From: a virus
Length of the DNA stretch: 64,000 nucleotides
IMG/VR virus record: IMGVR_UViG_3300011335_000775
Location: 32,001 to 96,000 of that record
Strand: one strand, 5' to 3'
Shown here in pieces: positions 60,031-64,000 of this stretch. Made by a program: the position numbers and the translations under genes. The notes beneath the pieces were generated by a model. It saw only the letters and a program-made list of their open reading frames with translations. It did not search any database and was not told where the DNA came from. Each line of letters opens with the position of its first letter. The stretch's first letter is position 1.

Positions 60031-60901
60031 TGTACATTTGGAATTTGGACCACTAGAACTTCACAACACTGATCAGGCTGATGTATTGATTCTCAGCGGA
60101 GATATCTGTGTGGCACGTGATCTGTCTGATCGTGATGTACCCAATCTCCTGGGTGAACATACCAAGAGCTATAGATACCACATGTTCTTTGAAAACTGTG
60201 CAGCACAGTTCAAAGACGTGATCTATATTGTAGGCAATCATGAGCACTACAATGGTGACTACGGTACCACCGTGAGTCACATTCGTGAAAAACTGGCCTA
60301 CATGAAGAATCTTCATGTGCTGGAAAAACAAAGCATTAAACTAGATGATGTGACCTTTGTGTGCGGCACATTATGGACTGATATGAACCGGGAAGATCCA
60401 AATACCTTGTACAGTATTCGTGGCATGATGAATGACTACCGCTGCATCAAGAACAGTCTCAAAATGGTAACATTCAAAAGTCATCAGCCCAATCCAGAAC
60501 ATCCAGATGATCCCAGCCGAGACATTGTGACATTTCACGAGCGGCCAGCCACGTTTGCTCCTGAAGATTCTGTGGAAGATCACAAAGCCATGCTCACAGT
60601 TATTCGTGCAGCAGTGGCAGCAAATCCTGCAGGTAAGTTTGTGGTAGTAGGACATCATTCTCCCAGCAAACTCAGTACCAAGCCACAGTACCAGGATGAC
60701 GTCATAGTGAATGGTGCTTACAGTTCAGACTTGAGTGAGTTCATGTTGGATTATCCGCAGATCCGGCTGTGGACACATGGGCACACACATCACAACTTTG
60801 ACTACATGATTGGTGAATGTCGTGTGGTATGTAACCCACGTGGTTACCATGGATATGAGCCACAAGCTGACTCTTGGACTTTGCAAACTTTTGAGGTGTA
60901 A
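60008..60901 (+). CDS. Calcineurin-like metallophosphoesterase
   Basis: SDVHLE, SGDI, GNHEHY, GHHSP, HGHTH, NPRGY. Confidence 0.88.
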   Translation: MKIALASDVHLEFGPLELHNTDQADVLILSGDICVARDLSDRDVPNLLGEHTKSYRYHMFFENCAAQFKDVIYIVGNHEHYNGDYGTTVSHIREKLAYMKNLHVLEKQSIKLDDVTFVCGTLWTDMNREDPNTLYSIRGMMNDYRCIKNSLKMVTFKSHQPNPEHPDDPSRDIVTFHERPATFAPEDSVEDHKAMLTVIRAAVAANPAGKFVVVGHHSPSKLSTKPQYQDDVIVNGAYSSDLSEFMLDYPQIRLWTHGHTHHNFDYMIGECRVVCNPRGYHGYEPQADSWTLQTFEV

Positions 60902-61060
60902 CATGAGAGATGAAAAACTAGTAGCATACACAGTGCGGTGGTCACAGCCGTATCCGGTAGACACAACCATCCGTGAACTGCAAGAAACACTAGAGGAGTT
61001 TTTGCTGGAGCACAGTGACTTCAGTGAATCTCAGCAAGTGCTTGATCGTATCCGGAGCAA

Positions 61061-61258
61061 ATGATGACTGAACAAAATAACAAAACATGGCAAGTAACTC
61101 TTGAAGAAGCTGACGACGGAAGCGGTGACCTTGTGTTGCCATTCCCGCAGGACATGTTGGATGAAGTAGGTTGGAATCCAGGTGACAATTTGACATGGGT
61201 GGACCGTGGAGATGGCACTTGGGAAATCCGAAAAGTAGACAACGAAGGTGAAAAATGA
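61061..61258 (+). CDS. AbrB/MazE-like DNA-binding protein
   Basis: GDLVLPFPQDMLDEVGWNPGDNL. Confidence 0.7.
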   Translation: MMTEQNNKTWQVTLEEADDGSGDLVLPFPQDMLDEVGWNPGDNLTWVDRGDGTWEIRKVDNEGEK

Positions 61259-61908
61259 AAGTATATCTATCTGGTTATCGCAACCACTGGCTGAGCCCGT
61301 ATACCATACTAGAGAAGGTGTTCTTCTGGCGTGAGATTGATTACGACGAGCCCGTGATTGAACGTTGGAGTGATCGTCTGAATCCACTGTGTGTGGCTGC
61401 ACAAAAATTTCTGGACTTTGTGCATCCTAAAATTGAGTACGTGAAGATTGATCGTTACGATACCTGGAGCATGGATCATACCCTGGCACATATTGTGTTG
61501 CCCATGCTTCGGCAGTTGATGAGAGACAAGCACGGGGCTCCGTTTGTGGATGATGAAGATGTGCCTGCCGGTATGGGCCTGCGTAGCACAGAAGCAGGGC
61601 CCAAGGAAAACGAGTACGATACTGACGACAACCACTTTAAGCGTTGGGATTGGGTTATGAATGAAATGATCTTTGCATTTGAATCCAAACTGGATGACTC
61701 GTGGGAAGATGCATTCCGTTCAGGCAAGATCGACTGGAAGTCGGTACCAACTGCATGGGATGCCAACGGTAAGCCTACACTTTATAGCATGGAAGATGGC
61801 CCTGACAACACATACAAGTGTGATTATGATGGCATGAAAGTAGTATACGATCGAATTCAAAACGGATTCCGACTGTTCGGTCGATACTATCAAAATCTTT
61901 GGGATTGA
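61255..61908 (+). CDS. Conserved phage protein
   Basis: YDTWSMDHTLA...GFRLFGRYYQNLWD. Confidence 0.7.
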   Translation: MKVYLSGYRNHWLSPYTILEKVFFWREIDYDEPVIERWSDRLNPLCVAAQKFLDFVHPKIEYVKIDRYDTWSMDHTLAHIVLPMLRQLMRDKHGAPFVDDEDVPAGMGLRSTEAGPKENEYDTDDNHFKRWDWVMNEMIFAFESKLDDSWEDAFRSGKIDWKSVPTAWDANGKPTLYSMEDGPDNTYKCDYDGMKVVYDRIQNGFRLFGRYYQNLWD

Positions 61909-61914
61909 GCCCGG

Positions 61915-63740
61915 ATGTTTAAAAATATGGTAGACCAACTGAGTGCTCGTTTTGATGCTAGGGATCTTAAGATTTCACAATCTGACTTTGAACATTGGCA
62001 AAAGCTCTATACCTGGGATGCGTTGAAAGGCATCAAGTATGGTGCAAGTTTTTGCCAGTATTTTGAGATATATGATGCGGTGTTGCAGCTATTTGCTCTC
62101 CATACAGATGACATAGAAAAGTACATACGAGAATCATATGTGGCATGAAATTGTGTTTGAGAATACTGGCTCTGCGGATGGCATAGCAATGTTTCATCAA
62201 TTGCGTAAAGATGGTCTCCAACCAGGAGTGGACTTTGATTGGAAATACATGCCAATGGGATTTATATCAGCTGCTGAATTACCTGCTGATCAGATCAAAG
62301 GAAAAGCTGTAATATTGATGTTTCAAGATCCAGCCCTAGCAACCTTTTATACTCTAAAGTGGCAGCACTAGCAGATAACTGTATATATAATTGCATACAT
62401 GCAAGTTTTAGATCACTATACTGTACGCGACAAGGAAAGTTTTGAATATTCACATGAACTCAAAAAGAAATCAGGCATCCTGGATCATGTGATTGAATGG
62501 TGCAAACAAGAACTGATACATGATTGGCGATGGCACCTGTTGGAGATGAGCAACCATCAGCAACCAGGTAGATATATTTTTTACTTTGACAGCGATAGAG
62601 ATTATTTTGCATTCTTGTTAAAGTGGCAATGAAATGAGTACAGAACAAGACCGAATCAAAAAAAACAAGCGCATTCAAAAAGATGAGAATGCTATAAAAA
62701 AGCAAACCAAGATTGCTAAAACTTTTGGAGTGCCAGTCAAGGAACCTCACAAGTTTGCCAAACATCATGCTTTAGATTGTGGTAATCCCAAATGTTTACT
62801 CTGCTCCAGAGAGAAAATATTTGGCGAACCCACCATGCAACAAAAACGATTTGATCAAGATGTGGATCACACATCAGATCGACGCAGTAACGGTTTAATC
62901 AACAACAAGGAGTAACTCATGGACGTGGAAAAAGCAGCTGGCATTTTTGTAGGAACAATCCTGATTGGATTTACCTGTGTGACTGCGGCAGGGGTAGTGG
63001 TACTGATCAACAACATGTTTGCTCGCTGGTGGAAGCCAGTGCAATTGCTATCTTATCCGTGGACTAACCAAGGCATTTATGCAGAGCCAGTGCAAACACC
63101 TGCTGATCCTATCAAACCCAATTGAGATCCATATGCCAAGATGGCGTTGTAAAGTAGGAACCATGCTGATAAAAATTGACAACCTCACACGGGCACAGTG
63201 CATGATGCTGGATGAAATTTGGAACTGTGTCACACAAGATGAATTTCTTTCCTGGTATGAAAACCTCGATGACCAAGACCAAGTGCAAGCTGACACGTTA
63301 ATGCGTCTCTTAGCATATGAGACCATAGAGCTCAACATCAAGAACTTCAACTCAGCCAAGCAAGTGCTAAAGCAATTTCAATTATGAAACAAGACCAAGA
63401 AGAACCACGCATGCGAGCGTTTGCTGTGATGTGGGATTGCAACGGACTAGAATCCATTGGAGAGATTGTTGACCCCGCCATGAAGTCCTGGGCCATATTA
63501 GGCAACAAGTCTGTGCCCAGAGAAAACTTTAACCTCGAGCACTGGAAGCTACGGGCACGATTCAATACACAACGTCATTATGAAATCTACGCCATTGGTG
63601 TGGATGGTAATATTTCTAAAGAAGACCTTGTGGAAATGTTCACTCAAGATCCACAATACGCAGCTGATTTGATCCGGTCACGGGGAGAAAAAATCTACAG
63701 TGATCGCAGAACTTCTGACGAAAAAATAGCAATTGTATAA
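61915..63740 (+). CDS. Run of short hypothetical genes (61915-62148, 62138-62371, 62399-62632, 62634-62915, 62919-63125, 63163-63387, 63384-63740)
   Basis: Closely packed + strand ORFs. Confidence 0.6.
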
Positions 63741-64000
63741 ATGTTTTCTGAATTGTTTGAAGGCGCAGTTGAGCCTACTAAAGTTTGCGGAATGTGTTTA
63801 AAAAATTTGCCATTGAATAGATTTGGTAAAGATGGTGGTGCAACTTATCTAAGATATGAATGCAAATCCTGTGCAAAAACACAAGCTAGAATAATAGCAA
63901 CCATCAAGAAATCAGCACCGGCTATTCCAAAAGATTATCGATGTCCAATTTGTCTTAGAAATGAACAAGAAGCAAAAGGGCATAATCCAAACAAAAAGGG
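63741..64000 (+). CDS. Endonuclease VII-like Zn-binding protein (partial, runs off the window)
   Basis: CGMC...CKSC...CPIC. Confidence 0.5.
   Translation, partial: MFSELFEGAVEPTKVCGMCLKNLPLNRFGKDGGATYLRYECKSCAKTQARIIATIKKSAPAIPKDYRCPICLRNEQEAKGHNPNKK

Noticed and set aside
1242-63565. Many short antisense or off-frame ORFs in the track (e.g. 2979-3347, 18401-18817, 25284-25778, 31370-31891)
   Set aside because: They shadow well-supported genes and lack recognisable motifs
1-64000. Stop-codon reassignment or a bacterial chromosome origin
   Set aside because: The standard code gives full-length genes at high density; host-like genes are interleaved with phage genes and phage promoters

Overview
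This window is part of a large T4-like (myovirus-type) phage genome, not a bacterial chromosome. Genes are tightly packed, mostly on the + strand. It holds the primase end and a gp41/DnaB helicase, NrdA/NrdB/glutaredoxin, an ATP-dependent DNA ligase, a PAAR protein, three free-standing GIY-YIG endonucleases, T4-late-type TAAATA promoters and repeated sigma70-type early promoters. Host-like genes (porin, PstS, IscU/IscA, ClpX/ClpP/ClpS, Hsp20, phasin-like, DUF3563-like) suggest an aquatic betaproteobacterial host (inference). Best leads: (1) a phosphate-scavenging module of PstS plus a PlcP-like phospholipase C and a GT2 glycosyltransferase, each unit preceded by a Pho-box-like repeat, suggesting phage-driven remodelling of host membrane lipids; (2) a GH7-cellulase-like lipoprotein between nrdA and nrdB; (3) a ~265-nt, extensively base-paired RNA behind its own consensus promoter; (4) a tandem array of short genes built from nucleotide-identical constant blocks and variable blocks; (5) one-gene cassettes bounded by repeated promoters; (6) ROSE-like thermometer leaders shared by hsp20 and a phasin-like gene; (7) an orphan chemoreceptor-type sensor domain, a T7-gp0.7-like kinase and an ArfA-like peptide. 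All family assignments are by motif recognition only; no searches were run.
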